The notes under the pieces: model-generated | What the model saw: only the letters and a program-made list of their open reading frames with translations | The model's database searches: none | What the model was told of the DNA's origin: nothing | Made by a program: the position numbers and the translations under genes | Shown: positions 44,236 through 56,712 of the stretch, one piece after another | Position numbering within the stretch: the stretch's first letter is position 1 | How the letters are laid out: every line of letters begins with the position of its first letter | Assembly: GCF_032191835.1 (NCBI RefSeq) | Contig: NC_083232.1 | Coordinates: 82,274,001-82,338,000 of the forward strand | Reading direction: 5' to 3' | From: Heteronotia binoei | Lineage: Eukaryota | Length of the DNA stretch: 64,000 nucleotides

Positions 44236-46181
44236 TTTACAGACTGCCAATATCGCTCTGGATTCTTGCCTGCCCCAATGTTCAACTTGTTGGTTTGGAA
44301 ACAAATGTATTGCCAAAACACTGTAGTCCTCTAGTGTTGGAAAGTGCCATAAAATTGCAACAGACTTATGGTAACCCTGTCAGGTTTGCAAGATAAGGGA
44401 TAAATAGAGATGATTTGCCATTGCCTGTCTCTGCATAGCACCCCTGTGCTTCCTTGGTTCCACCAAGCTGGTGGTCTTCCCTCCAAGTACTAACTAGGGC
44501 TGACCCTGCTTGGCTTCCAAGAGCTGACAAGAGTCCTCCAACAGTCCCACTTTAAAAAGAAACTGATCCTGTTGCAGTAGTCTCTGACGCTTCTACCATG
44601 TGGTGAAGCATACTTTTACCTTGTGATGGTTGTGAATTGACTGTGCAATCTCTCTCGGGAAAGCAGGCATCCTGTACTGTAGCAGAACATCAGGACACCA
44701 ATCTGATATGATCCCTGTTCACAGTTTGCTTTTACCATCCACCCTGAGGGACTTGTTAGTATGGGTTGCTCCTAAGCAACATCCTATTTTTTTTCCAAAA
44801 AAAGGGACACAGTGGAACTTTCCACTTCCTGCTGCCAAGAAGCTACAGCTGTGGGAGACATTGCCCAATGCACCTTTGGAGCTGTTCAGTATAATAAAGC
44901 ATAGAACTTAAGAGCTTGTCATAAAAGGAACACCTGCTGCAGATCTTACTTAACTTGGGGAGGTATTTTCATCAATATTGCATAAATTATGAAGATAATG
45001 ATAAAGTGCTTGGGGAAAGCACTATTGAACACACATGAACACATTAAGATGCTTTGTACTAAATCAGACTCTTGGTCCATTAAAGTCAGCATTGCCTATT
45101 CACACTGGCAGCACCTCTCCAGGGTCTCAGGCAGAGGTCTTTCACATCACCTGTTGCCAAACCTTTTAACTGGAGATGTCAAGGAATTAACCTGGGACCT
45201 TCTACATGCAAAACAGATGCTCTGCCACTGAGCAATGGCCCTTCTCTGTTGTTTTACAAAGCCTGATCAGAAGGTCTGGGGGGCTTTGTCTCTGGAAATA
45301 TCTTTCCTTCTTGGATCTTACAAAATGTGTACATAATTTAAAACTGTAATGTCTCTGTGGTGATTTGTAGCATCAGTAAATGGATCTTTCACTCAAAATA
45401 TTGCTTGGGAGCAGTGTTCCCTCTAAGCTGAGCTAGTTCACAGTTTTCTAGCCTCTGGCTCACACATTTGTGTCTCAGCTCAGGAAAAATGGTCCCAGAA
45501 GAAACTAATTTATGCAGTAGCTCACTATCTTAATGCCAGTAGCTCATAAAGTTAGAATTTTTGCTCACAACACAGTTTAGAGGGAATATTGCTCGGGAGC
45601 AATACTGTGTAGAAGCTGCCTGCATTTTCCCCCTTCAGTTTTGATACAGAGGGGAGCCACTCTTCCATGTAGCACACTCCTGTTCTGGCAGAAAATGTAT
45701 AAATTAGACATCTGCTGTTTCCGTGGGTGGAGCAGCCTTTCCGCTGAACAGTGTTGTTAAAATGTAGCTGTTTGTGGCTGGAGAGGGGCTAAGCAGCATT
45801 TCCTAGCATTATGATTCACTCTTCCTTTTTTTTATGACCTAGCACACAACTGTATTTTTAAGATGCCACACTGAGTTCCAGTAATTCTAAGACTCTGATT
45901 CTGCCTTCTGGCAAGGAAGGCTGGGACTGGACAGGACTGGACTTGTTAGCTGTCGCCTGTCCTGCCTGCTATGGTGTGAACCAAGCTGTTTTACTGAAAA
46001 AGAACTGTTTCTCTTTTCAGAGAGCTGGAACAGCACAATGGAAACTGCATCTAGTCTGGATTCAGGGTATCCCCAGATCCTTGGAGGAAGGGAAAGGTGC
46101 AATTAAAATGCACTTAAAAAAAGGTTTGGCAACTTGGGCTTGTCCGAGCTCAGATGCTAAGTAGGGTCAACTGTGGTTAGT

Positions 46182-47345
46182 CTCTCTCTCTCGGCTTGAC
46201 TTCGCGAACGAAGATTTAAGAAGGGTGCAGTAGTCCACGTCTGCTGCAGGCTCGCTGGTGGCTGACAAGACCAATGCGGGACAGGCAGATCCGGCCACAG
46301 TGGCTGCAGGGAAAAGTTTGATTTGGGGTTGGTGCTGTAGCAGTGCGATTCTTCCTCAATCTCCTTTTTCCTCAAGACGAGCTATGCGTGCGTTCTCAAA
46401 GGAAGAGACAGCCTGGTGGATGGTGTGCCTCCATGCTTTGCGATCTGAGGCTAGGTCAGACCACTGGTGATGGTTGATGTGACAGGTGCCAAGGGATTTC
46501 TTCAAGGAGTCCTTGTACCTCTTTGGTGCCCCTCTATTTCGATGGCCGGTGGAAAGTTCGCCATACAGAGCAATCTTGGGAAGGCGGTGGTTTTCCATCC
46601 TAGAAATATGCCCTGCCCAGCGCAGCTGCGTCTTCAACAGCAGTGCCTCGATGCTTGTAACCTCCGCCCTCTTGAGGACTTCAGTGTTGGTCACAAAGTC
46701 ACTCCAGTGGATGTTGAGGATGGTGCGAAGGCAGCGCTGATGAAAGCGCTCAAGGAGTCGCAGGTGATGACGGTATAAAACCCACGATTCGGAGCCATAG
46801 ATGAGGGTTGTCATCACAACCGCTTTGTAAACATTGATCTTTGTGCTTTTTTTCAGATGCTTGTTGCTCCACACTCTTTTGTGCAGTCGGCCAAATGCAC
46901 GGTTTGCCTTTGCCAGCCTGTTGTCAATCTCCTTGTCGATCTTGGCATCTGAGGAGATGATGCACCCCAGGTAGCTGAACTGCTGGACCGTCTTCAGAAC
47001 TGATTCACCCACAGTGATGCAGGGAGGGTGATAATCTTCCTGGGGTGCAGGCTGGTGGAGAACTTCTGTCTTCCTCAGACTAACTTCTAGGCCGAATAGC
47101 TTGGCAGCCTCTGCAAAGCAGGACGTCATATGCTGCAGAGCTGATACCGAGTGGGAGACGAGTGCAGCATCATCAGCAAACAGTAGCTCGCGGATAAGTT
47201 TTTCCATTGTCTTGGAGTGAGCCTTTAGTCGCCTCAGGTTGAACAGGCTGCCATCGGTGCGATAGCGGATGTAGACACCATCGTCATCATCTAGATCTAC
47301 TGCGGCTCTTTGAAGCATCATGCTAAAGAAGATCGTAAAGAGAGT
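46182..47345 (-). mobile_element. 5'-truncated RTE-clade LINE (partial RT + C-terminal zinc finger)
   Basis: ORF 46356-47321 with YRTDGSLFNLRRL, LLFADD and LRWAGH motifs; frameshift before CSHCG...SH..C; (GA)n tail; TSD TGGTTAGT at 46174-46181 and 47346-47353. Confidence 0.92.
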
Positions 47346-49756
47346 TGGTTAGTACTTGGATAGAAAATCACCAATGGCAAACTATCTGTGCTCATCCTTT
47401 GCTTTGAACACCCCATTGGGAGGTTATCGTAATTGCTGCAACCGGACAGCACTTAATTATCATCATATTAAATGCCAGTTTCATAACCTTTCCCCCAATT
47501 TGGGTGGATTCTAGTTAGAACATTATGAGGACAACTCCTTGGTGCTACATTTGGCATTTTTTCATCCATTATTTTATGGGAAGGCAGGCGGTCAATGGTG
47601 TGATCCAGTGCCTTCAGTCAGAAAGGCCTGACAGAGATCCAGTTGCAGGTTTATTACCTTAACTGCTATCTGTAAGAACTAGGTCTTGGTCATACAAGCA
47701 CAACCTTGATATCAGTGTACTTTTAATGCAGACAATGATAGTTAACTACTAACTGTTTGGGATTTTCAGATTTCACAAACTAATCTACCTAAATTCTCTG
47801 AAAATATACCCATGGGGTCGATCCCGGACTTAAAAATGTATATATTTATACCATGTTTTCCTCCCACCTGCAGACCCAAAGAAACTTGCAATCTCACCTC
47901 TTCTTTTTGTTTTCACAATAACAAGCCTGTGAGGTAGGTTAGGATGAGAGTGACTGGCCCAGGGTCTCCCAGCAAAATTCTATGGCTGAGTGAGGATTTG
48001 ATCCTGGATGCTCTTAATTCTAGTCTGCCTAGAAAGCTCTGCCAACTGTAGTGAAGTAGAACAGAAGGTACTTTTGTGGCAAGCATCTTAATGGCAGAAC
48101 TTGGTTTAATCAGATCAATTCATCAAAGGTGCATTCACACTACACTAAATAATGTGTTCTGCAACTGAATTTTTGCTATTCTTAAACAGTAAAAATCCAT
48201 CCACAAAACACATTATGTAGTATAGCGTGAATGCATCCCAAGACATGGCAGCATTCCCCACTATTAAATTACTTTGCATCAGTCCCCACAAAATGCATAA
48301 TTACTTCTTGGAGAATTTATATCTGAAGATCTACTACACTCTGATATGTTCACAGAGAAAAAGGAGGTCTGGAGGAAGCTGATTAAAAAAAAGAGATACT
48401 GAGGGTCAAAATTACACTAGGATAGTTGCAGAGTGAGCAAGTACATTTTAGTGCAGGTTGTTTTTAAGGACATATACAAGTGATGGGCCATATCCTGCTA
48501 GACTATTTGCAGGTGGGCAACATGAATCATAAGAACATAAGATGAGCCCTGCTGGATTCAGTGGTCCATCTAGTCCAGTATCCTGTTTCACACAACAGCC
48601 AATCAGTTACTCTGGAGAGCCAACAAACAGATGCTGAGGCCTTCCCGGCACTGGTATTCAAAGACTTGCTGCCTCCAAATGTGGAGGTTTCTTTTACTCA
48701 CCATGGATAGTAGCCACTGATAGATAGGAAGATATAGTTTTTATTTATTGACAGTCCTAACTGGAGTTTTAAAACTATGACTTTTTATGTGTATTTATAA
48801 CTGTTGTTTTCTTTGTATTGTTTTTAAATCATTGCTTTGTTTATACTGCAAGGCGCCTTTAGTTTCACAAGGGAGAAAGGTGGCTAATAAATACTTTAAA
48901 TGAAGAAACCAACCTATCCTCGATGAAGCTAATTCCCTTTTGAAGCGGTCTGTGTCTATCACTACATCCTCTGGCAGCAAATACCATGTTTTAACCACTG
49001 GTCGTGTAAATTAATATTGTCTTTTTTCCATTTTGCTTCTACTGCCCATCAAGCTCCATTCGAGGCCCTCAAGTTCTGACATGGTTCTGCAGAATTGTTA
49101 AAAACATGAGAAACTTAGGTTCTGTGGTATATGGTGTGATTCTAAGTAAGGTAATGGACTGGTGTTTCAGGTTAGTGTTAACATTTTCATCAATATCACC
49201 AACTCCTGCTCTCTAATGCAGCCTTGTCCTTCATCCTAAAGGAAGCTTTCATTGCTGCAGTGTTATCGTACTGTTTTATTACAGAGTCGCCAGATTCAGG
49301 TTGGGAAACTCCTGGGGATTTGGGAGAAAAGCATGTGGAAGACAGGAACCTCAGGTACATTGCCCCAGAGTCCACCCTTCAAAGCATCCATTTTCTCCAG
49401 GGGAACTGATCTCTGCAGTCTGGAGATGAGCTGTAATTCCAAGGGATTCCCAGGTCTCACTCATAGGCTGGCAACCCTAATTGAACCAGGCACCTTCTGC
49501 ATCCAATATAAGTGCTCAGTGGGCTGCAGCCATTCTCAAACAACCTGGGCTGAAATGGTGGGATGGGATGGATAAAGGGAATTCAGCTGTAACAACCATT
49601 TGCCTTAAGGAATTATAAGATTTCTTTATAAGAATTATAAGATTTCTTTATAAGACTTTTTGAGCTACTGGCATTAAAGATCTTGGAGAAGGAGGAAGCC
49701 GCGGGGGGGGGGGGCATGCTGCAAGCAGGCTAACTGCACGTTTCCTCCTCATTAAG

Positions 49757-50510
49757 ATTTTTTTTTAAGAAGAAACATTTTCTTTATTTAAACTCTAATA
49801 TCAGGGGTTACATATTCAGCAATAATACGGTATACATTTCCGTGGTTCAGTTAGTGATACAGATAATTGTATATACGTATGTATATATACTGGCACACAG
49901 ACAATTATATAAGCTTAAATGAAAATAATTCTTTATAAAACTCATATTTTGGAATTATACCTTGTTCAATTAGGTACCCAACAACATGGTACCATATTGC
50001 CTGACAAGTATAGTTATTTCCTAATTTTGATGTTGACAGGTTATCTGCAATTTTCCCGATTAAGAAATATTCCAGTCCCACACTGGAAGAGGTGAATTTT
50101 GTCCCTCGGATTTTGTCCCTCGGTTTAGTTGCAATGACTATTCTTGTTATAGCAAGCAAAATGGAAATGACAATATCTGGTTTTTTTAAAAAAAAATTAT
50201 TTATTGCTGGGTGAATCTGGCCAGGAATACAGTAAAACAATTTCTAGCCCTGCAGGTACTGCCACTCCGGTTATTACCTGTACCTGCTGTTGAATTTATT
50301 GCCAAAAATAATGTATATGGGACACAGCCACAACCAACGTAAAAAATCTGCAAATTGCCCGCAATGTTTCCAACATTTTGGGCTGACATTGGAATATATT
50401 CTAAAAACAACCGACTGGGAAGGTGTGTGTCACCTATATAGCAATTTATAAGAATTAAACCTGATATTAAAAATGGCAGATAAGAGACTTGGAGAAGAAT
50501 AAATCTTTAG
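49757..50510 (-). mobile_element. L1/Tx1-type LINE 3' fragment
   Basis: Degenerate C-terminal Cys knuckle YKLLYR*HTP...SPKCWKHCGQFADFLRWLWLCP; AATAAA plus A-tail at ~49760-49790. Confidence 0.7.
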
Positions 50511-50559
50511 CCAGTGTTTATTCTGAATTCTAAAATTCCAACCTACTCAATGAAATTTT

Positions 50560-51330
50560 CATTGCTTTCTTTAGCCGTCAAAAGCGGCGACTGCCTCCAT
50601 CGAGACTGCCCACACCGAGCACGTCTTTTCTCTGCCTGCCCCGCCAATGGGCGGCTTCCCGTCTGGCCGCCGCTCTGGCCCTTCCCCCTCTATGGAAATA
50701 CCCTCTCTCGAAAACAGGCCCCTCCCCCTCCTAGGCCCCGCCTCCCCAGGGGCGCCCCCGGAAGGAGCCGCGCGGCGTTTAGGCCCCGCCCCTCCCCCGC
50801 CTTTCTTCTCTCCCGGAGGGAGGAGGCGCTGCCGGACGAGAAGAGGCTTCCCCGCTGCCGCGCCTTTCGGACCAGCCGCCTCGGCTCTCGCAGCAGCAGC
50901 AGCCCGGTCCGAAAGAGAGCGAGGCAGGCCGCGTGAGCTCCCCCAGGACCGGCTCCGCGCCTGGGCGGCTGCTGTTGCCGCTTTTCGTCCTCCTCCGCCG
51001 CCTTCCCCCAGGCTGGGCCCGGCCTGCCCTCGGCCAGGTGAGCGAACCTTTGCCGCTTTGCCTTCGGAGCCTCTCGCTCGGGGTGTGACCGGCGGAGTCT
51101 GTCGGGGCGGGGGCCGCAAAGGGAGCCTGGCCAACTGCAGGGTTTCGCCGCCTCCTCCTCCTCCTCCCGCTCTCTGCTTCTGCACAGGGCGGCTCGTCGC
51201 CTCTTCCCCCTGCTTGTCCCCCTTTTCCCGCCCTCTTGTCGTGGCTCCTTCGCTCTAGCCAGCCGCTCCCTCTTTTGCCTTGGATGAGAGCCACCGGTTT
51301 GAGTATGTATGAGGCGGCTGGGATGAAGTG
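50560..51330 (+). promoter_or_regulatory. CpG island with probable non-coding first exon (donor CAG|gtgagc after 51037) of a + strand gene
   Basis: CpG-dense; CCAAT near 50644, GC boxes, (GCA)n/(CCT)n tracts, consensus donor. No recognisable coding exon follows within the window. RALA is the YAE1 neighbour in mammals (inference only). Confidence 0.7.
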
Positions 51331-53608
51331 GTTGGGTGGGGGTTGGCTGCAGGACTCGCCTTCTCAAAAGGGTCGTGGGGACGTGGTGGAGAAGGCTGGG
51401 TTCCAGGCTTGCTCTGCCCTTTCTTTTTTTTTTTCCTTCGGATGCTTCTAACTTCAGGCCTTTCCGTCTGCGTTGCTGAGCTTCTTTGGAGGGGACAGAG
51501 GGCACTGCTCAGACTAGTTATCTAGTGGCCAAGCAATGTTCCCACTAAGCTGCAGAATCTTGTGAGCAATAATTCTACTTTTTGAGCTACTGGTATTAAA
51601 GTTGTGAGCTACTGCATAAATTAGTGTGATCTGGGGTCATCCTTCCTGAGCTAAGACAAAAATGTCTGAGCCGGAGGCTAAAAATCTGTGAGCTAGCTCA
51701 CGCTAACTCAACGTAGAGGGAACGCTGGTGGCCAATATGGGGCATGATATTTGACACTCTGATGAGAGAAGCTCCAGCTGTGTCAGCTCTAAGATCCACC
51801 TTGATGCCACCTGCTTGCTGTTCTGGGAAGCCCCCAAGCAGGGCATGAAGAGAACAGCTTTTGCTGTTTCCAGCAGTTGCTAGCCAGGTTCTGTGCCAAT
51901 ATACCTGGGCTTGGTCGCCACAGGTCAAAGATTGCTAGTATGCAGCTTGCATGAAAGAGACATACCTGCATGAAAGAGACAGCCCTGCTGGATCATCCTA
52001 AAAGGGTGCCTAGTGCCAGCCTCCTTCCTTGTTTCCAATAGCAGCAAGTTACAAACAGGACATAAAAGTAACAGCCTTTTGTGGCTGAGTAACTAGTCTT
52101 TAGGAGATACTGTGCCTCTCAATATAAGGTTTTCATTTGATAGTCATGACTAATAATACTCTATGAGTCTGTCTAATGTCCTTTGTCTAAAAGCTATTCA
52201 TGATAGTCTGATTAAATATTCTGCACTTGGAGCTTGGTAAAGTGAAGAAAGGCACTGGATCTATGAGTGAGCTTGAGTCACGCTTGTCCAGAAGAAAAAC
52301 CTTCTCTTCTCTCTCTCTCTCCCCCCCTTCTTCCATTTTTCCTACAGAGGTGGTTTGCAGCTCAAACTTACTCTAATTACTTTTCAGTATTTGAGTATTG
52401 AGGTCCTTATAATCAGGACGGGATTGTAGTGATGGCTCAGATAGCTTCTCATGCTCTGTGTCTACAAATCGTAATTGTACCACTGAACTCAGTTAATACT
52501 ACTTCACTTCTGCCAAAGCTGACATGAGGACAGGATGACTGGAACCTAGATACAAGAATCTGCAAGATTTACAGGGCTCTTAAAGCTTGTCTGTATTATA
52601 TTTGCCAATGGTAAAGATATGTCATGTGGGAATGTTGAATATTACTCTATTTAAAGAAGTTTATTTTAGGTGGTTTGTATATCATGCTGCCTGAGACCAT
52701 CTGTATGTAGTGATGCATCTTGACTGGTATGTTGTTGACATTGTGGTGTTCTGGAGAGACTTTTAGCATTAAATCAGGGCTCTTTTTCTAGCAGGAGCTC
52801 CTCTGCATATTAGGCCATGCCCGCTGATGTAGCCAATCCTGGAGTTTACAGTAGGCCCTGTACTAAGAGCCTTTTAAGCTCTTGGAGGATTGGCAACATC
52901 AGGGGGCGTGGCCTAATATGCAGAGGAGCTCCTGCTAGAAAAAGAGCCCTTATCATAAGAATCTGTGAGAGAAGATGAGAGAACTTCATGAAGTTGGTTT
53001 GGAGGGTAGCTATGTTGGTCTGCAGTATAGTACAATTGGTCTGTACCTTATCCCCTCATCTGAAGAAGTATGCCTGCATACAAAAGCAGAATAAAACTTT
53101 GTTGGTCTTAAAGGTGCAACTTGACTCCTACTTTGTTCTACTGCTTCAGACCAACATGGCTGCCCACCTGGATCGATCTGCAGTAGAACAGTTAGATTGG
53201 AGCACCTTAAAGACCAGCAAGGTTTTCCAGGTATGTTTTTGATAGTCATAGCCTCCTTCATCAAACAGGAGTAGGAATGGAGATCTGTTTTGATCCTAGG
53301 TAGATGGAGTATTGTAAAGAATGCAAAGGTACAATGTATATTGTAATCAGCTTGATTAGAGCAAGGGGAAATGCTTGGTAGAAAATTAGCATCTGTAGTA
53401 AGATAAGTATCCTATGTGTTTATTCAGTGCTCGGGATTCCATTGTTCTGAACTTTTTCATCAATCTCCCATTGTAATTTCCCCTCAGAGTTTCTTTGTTT
53501 GGAGACTGCTACTCTTAGGTCAGCAATGAAATGACCTGGAAGATTAAATTGTTCTCCCATTGTTTTGTTTTTTGAGTATTGTGGTTTTTAATGTTGGGTT
53601 TATGTCAG

Positions 53609-53905
53609 CGGCCCCGTGGCACAGATTGGTAAAGCAGCAGTACTGTGGTCTGAACTCTGCTCACGACCTGAGTTCAATTCCGGCGGAAGCTGGATTCAGG
53701 TAACTGGCCCAACATTGACTCAGCCTTTCATCCTTCCGAGGTTGGTAAAATTAGTACTCAGCTTGCTGGGGGGAAGGTGTAAAAGACTGGGGAAGGCAAT
53801 GGCAAAACCACCCCATAAAAAGTCTGCCGTGAAAACGTTGTGAAAGCAATGTCACCCCAGAGTCGGAAATGACTGGTGCTTGCACAGGGGTCCTTTCCTT
53901 TCCTT
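53609..53905 (+). mobile_element. Sauria-type tRNA SINE, full length (3' part also at ~62735-62855)
   Basis: Colinear with 41611-41902. Confidence 0.85.
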
Positions 53906-53914
53906 ATGTCCATT

Positions 53915-55190
53915 TATTCTTTTGTGTAGGGACTAACCTGTTTGATGTAAAGAGTAGAAGGGCATTGCTGAGATCTGATGGCTTATGAAACGTTGGAAGA
54001 TGAACAAGTAAATGAACCTGAGATGGTATGGCTGGTGTTGTTAGGTCCAGTTTTTGTGTTGTTAGAGTGGATATGGGGACATAATTGGCATCTTGGATTG
54101 TTGCAGGCACTGGTCCCAGAGTCCATGTCTATGTTAAGAAGGGTATTGTGGGTGAGAAGTTGTTAAGGTCTGTGTGGGCAAGTAAAGGTTTGCCTCCCAA
54201 TGCATGGGAGAGAGGAGTATCATTCCCCAGCATAGACTGAAGGGAATTAATAATGCATTGAACAGGTTTGAGTTGAGAACTGTATGTGACCACCAGTGTT
54301 CCCTCTAAGTTACAGAGTTTTGTGAGCAACAATTCTACTTTGTGAGCTACTGGCATTAAAGTTGTGAGCTGCTGCATAAATTACGGTAGTTTGTGCTGGG
54401 GCCATTTTTCTTGCGCTAAGACAAAAATGTGTGAGCTGGAGGCTAAAAGTCTGTGAGCTAGCTCATGCTAACAGCTTAGAGGAAATGCTGGTGACCCCCT
54501 GTAGTGTTTAGACCTATTTTGTAGCAGGTTATCCCTCGGTATCATTCTGGCTTTGTTGATCTGTTTCCTTACCACGTCAAGTGGGTATTGATAACCAAGA
54601 ACGTCTCCTGTAGATTCTGCATGTGAGAATTTCTGTCTGAAGGATCAGAGTTGTTGTGGCGGTAGCACAGAGCTTGGCTGTAGACAATGGATCATTTGGT
54701 GTGTTGAGGATGGTGACTGGAGGCATGTAGATATGTTTGGGAATCAGTAGATTTCTAGCATAAGGTGGTTTTTATGTTTCCATTATGTATTTATGCAGTG
54801 GTGTCTAGAAAGGATGTTTCTTGTGTGGATTGGTCTGTGATCAAGTTGATGGTGGGCTGGAGGATGCTTGAAGGCCTGGTGAAATTTCTCCAGTGCTTCT
54901 TTCCCATGTGTCCAAATGATGAAAATGGCCTCAATAAATCTCAGGTATGAGTTGGGTGTTAACAGATGGGAGCTCTGAGGAAGCACTGCTCCAGGTTGGC
55001 CATGAAAGTTTTGACATGTTGTGGTGCCATATGGGTGCCCACAACTGTGCCATTGATCTGAAGAAAGAAATCTTCACCAAATCTGAGGTAGGTGTGGGTG
55101 AGGACAAACTGGCAGAGCCTGGTAGAGAGGTCGGCTGTGGTGTGGACATAAATCTTGTTGGTCTCTAAGGTGCTATGGGACTCAAATCTA
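53915..55190 (-). mobile_element. Decayed Penelope-like element (RT + CCHH/GIY-YIG region)
   Basis: Broken frames read NGTVMGTHMAPQ, YLRFIEAIFIIWTHGKEALE (catalytic DD lost), SIVYSQAL, CNNPRCQLCPHI...SFTCSSSNV; terminal repeat at ~55150-55185; nested hAT MITE. Confidence 0.88.
54294..54490. mobile_element. hAT MITE with CAGTGTTCCCTCTAAG TIRs, nested in the Penelope element (others ~41993-42140, 45413-45592, 51533-51727)
   Basis: TIR pair; TSD gtgaccac/gtgacccc. Confidence 0.85.
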
Positions 55191-56514
55191 ATATAGTTGG
55201 ATTACTGTTGTCTGTGATTGCTTTATCCATACTTCAAAAGAGATTGTCCATCATCTTGAGGACTCCTTAGCTGTCAGGCTGAACTGAATGAGGCTATATG
55301 TTAATTGCACTATGAATTCTTTTATCGATTCTATGGCATTAGTTAAAGAACTTTCCCTCTGCAGATATTCGAGTGACCAGCTCTCATTCAGAGTATTTAA
55401 AACCATACAGCAATGGGGGTCAAAAAGTGTGCCATTTCAATAAATGCTGAGCTGTTGTTATTGCCTAGTTTTTTTTTCAGATGCGTGACCCGACTTCTAG
55501 TGCTGCTAACAATTTCAGGCTGTCATGGATTGGACTTAAAAAAAAAAAAAACAACTATCAAGTTTCTTGTGTTTCTCACCATTTTGTTAAACAATGTCAA
55601 AGCTTGAGACCCTGGAGAGCCGCTGCCAGTCTGAGAAGACAATACTGACTTTGATGGACCAAGGGTCTGATTCAGTATAAGGCAGCTTCATATGTTCATA
55701 TGTCAGGTTGATCCATGTTGCCCAACTTGGGATAGGCTAGTCAGGAGAGGCAAACCTTGTAGTTTATAATGAACAGGAACAAATTGGGAGATCACAGGTG
55801 GGAATAACAAACTTGGAAATCCCACCCCTCAAGTCCTGCCCCTCCAGGGTTCTAGAAGCACTCTGAGCAACAGGCAGATCTCTCCCCCCCCCCCCAATAT
55901 TGTGTATCTTCTGGAACACATTTAGTCTTTAACATGCTTGTTTTTAATTTTTTTTCTTGATTTACACAGTCACATTTCTTGTCATACATACATTCTTGGG
56001 ATAATCCAACACAGACCCATGTCTTGTCTATGCATGGTTTTTATATCACCACACAAAGGGCAGTCAGTTGATTATTATTATTAATATGAATTCTTATTGG
56101 GGTTAGTTCTTTTCTAGGGTAGTGTTCTGTAATTCTTCAGCATATCTAATAGTTCCTTGTGTCCTGAGCTTCTCAGTATTATGTCTCATAGAATGCAAGA
56201 AAAAGCTTCTTTAAGGAGCTGCAAACTTATCCTTAAAATCAATTCTTCCACACCTTATTCTGCTAATAGGTGGACATCGTATGTCATGCTGGGAAAGCAT
56301 CAAAAGAGGCTAATTTTTTGAGGCGTATGTCCATGTTTGTTCCCTTTTGGGGAATCAAAATTATTTTTGCAGTGTTCTTGATACTTGTAGTCCAAGTATG
56401 TGAAGTTTCCATATCTTCTTGTCCACAGGGTTTTTGGGGATGAGTACATACAAGAAGGATGAGTAGGTACTATCTTGTTGGAGCAGATTTAGAGATGCAC
56501 TGCCCTGTGCTTAA

Positions 56515-56712
56515 ATGATGATGATATTGGATTTATATCCCGCCCTCCACTCTGAATCTCAGAGTCTCAGAGCGGCTCACAATCTCCTTTATCTTCCTCC
56601 CCCACAACAGACACCCTGTGAGGTGGGTGAGGCTGAGAGGGCTCTCACAGCAGCTGTCCTTTCAAGGACAACCTCTGAGAGAGCTATGGCTGACCCAGGG
56701 CCATTCCAACAG
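56515..56712 (-). mobile_element. SINE with L2-type 3' end (others ~18428-18630, 30220-30452, 39500-39690, 41270-41430, 47860-48030)
   Basis: cccacaacagacaccctgtgaggtggg core; 3' end gagggcgggatataaat shared with the L2; (ATC)n tail. Confidence 0.75.

Noticed and set aside
4125-47390. Several 5S rRNA-like sequences
   Set aside because: Diverged, lack proper 5S ends and carry SINE tails; not rRNA genes.
50514-51525. Overlapping Arg/Pro/Gly/Ala-rich ORFs of 140-271 aa
   Set aside because: Expected stop-codon scarcity in a GC-rich CpG island; no recognisable domain.
21529-53700. tRNA-like heads with A/B boxes
   Set aside because: No complete cloverleaf; they continue into SINE bodies.
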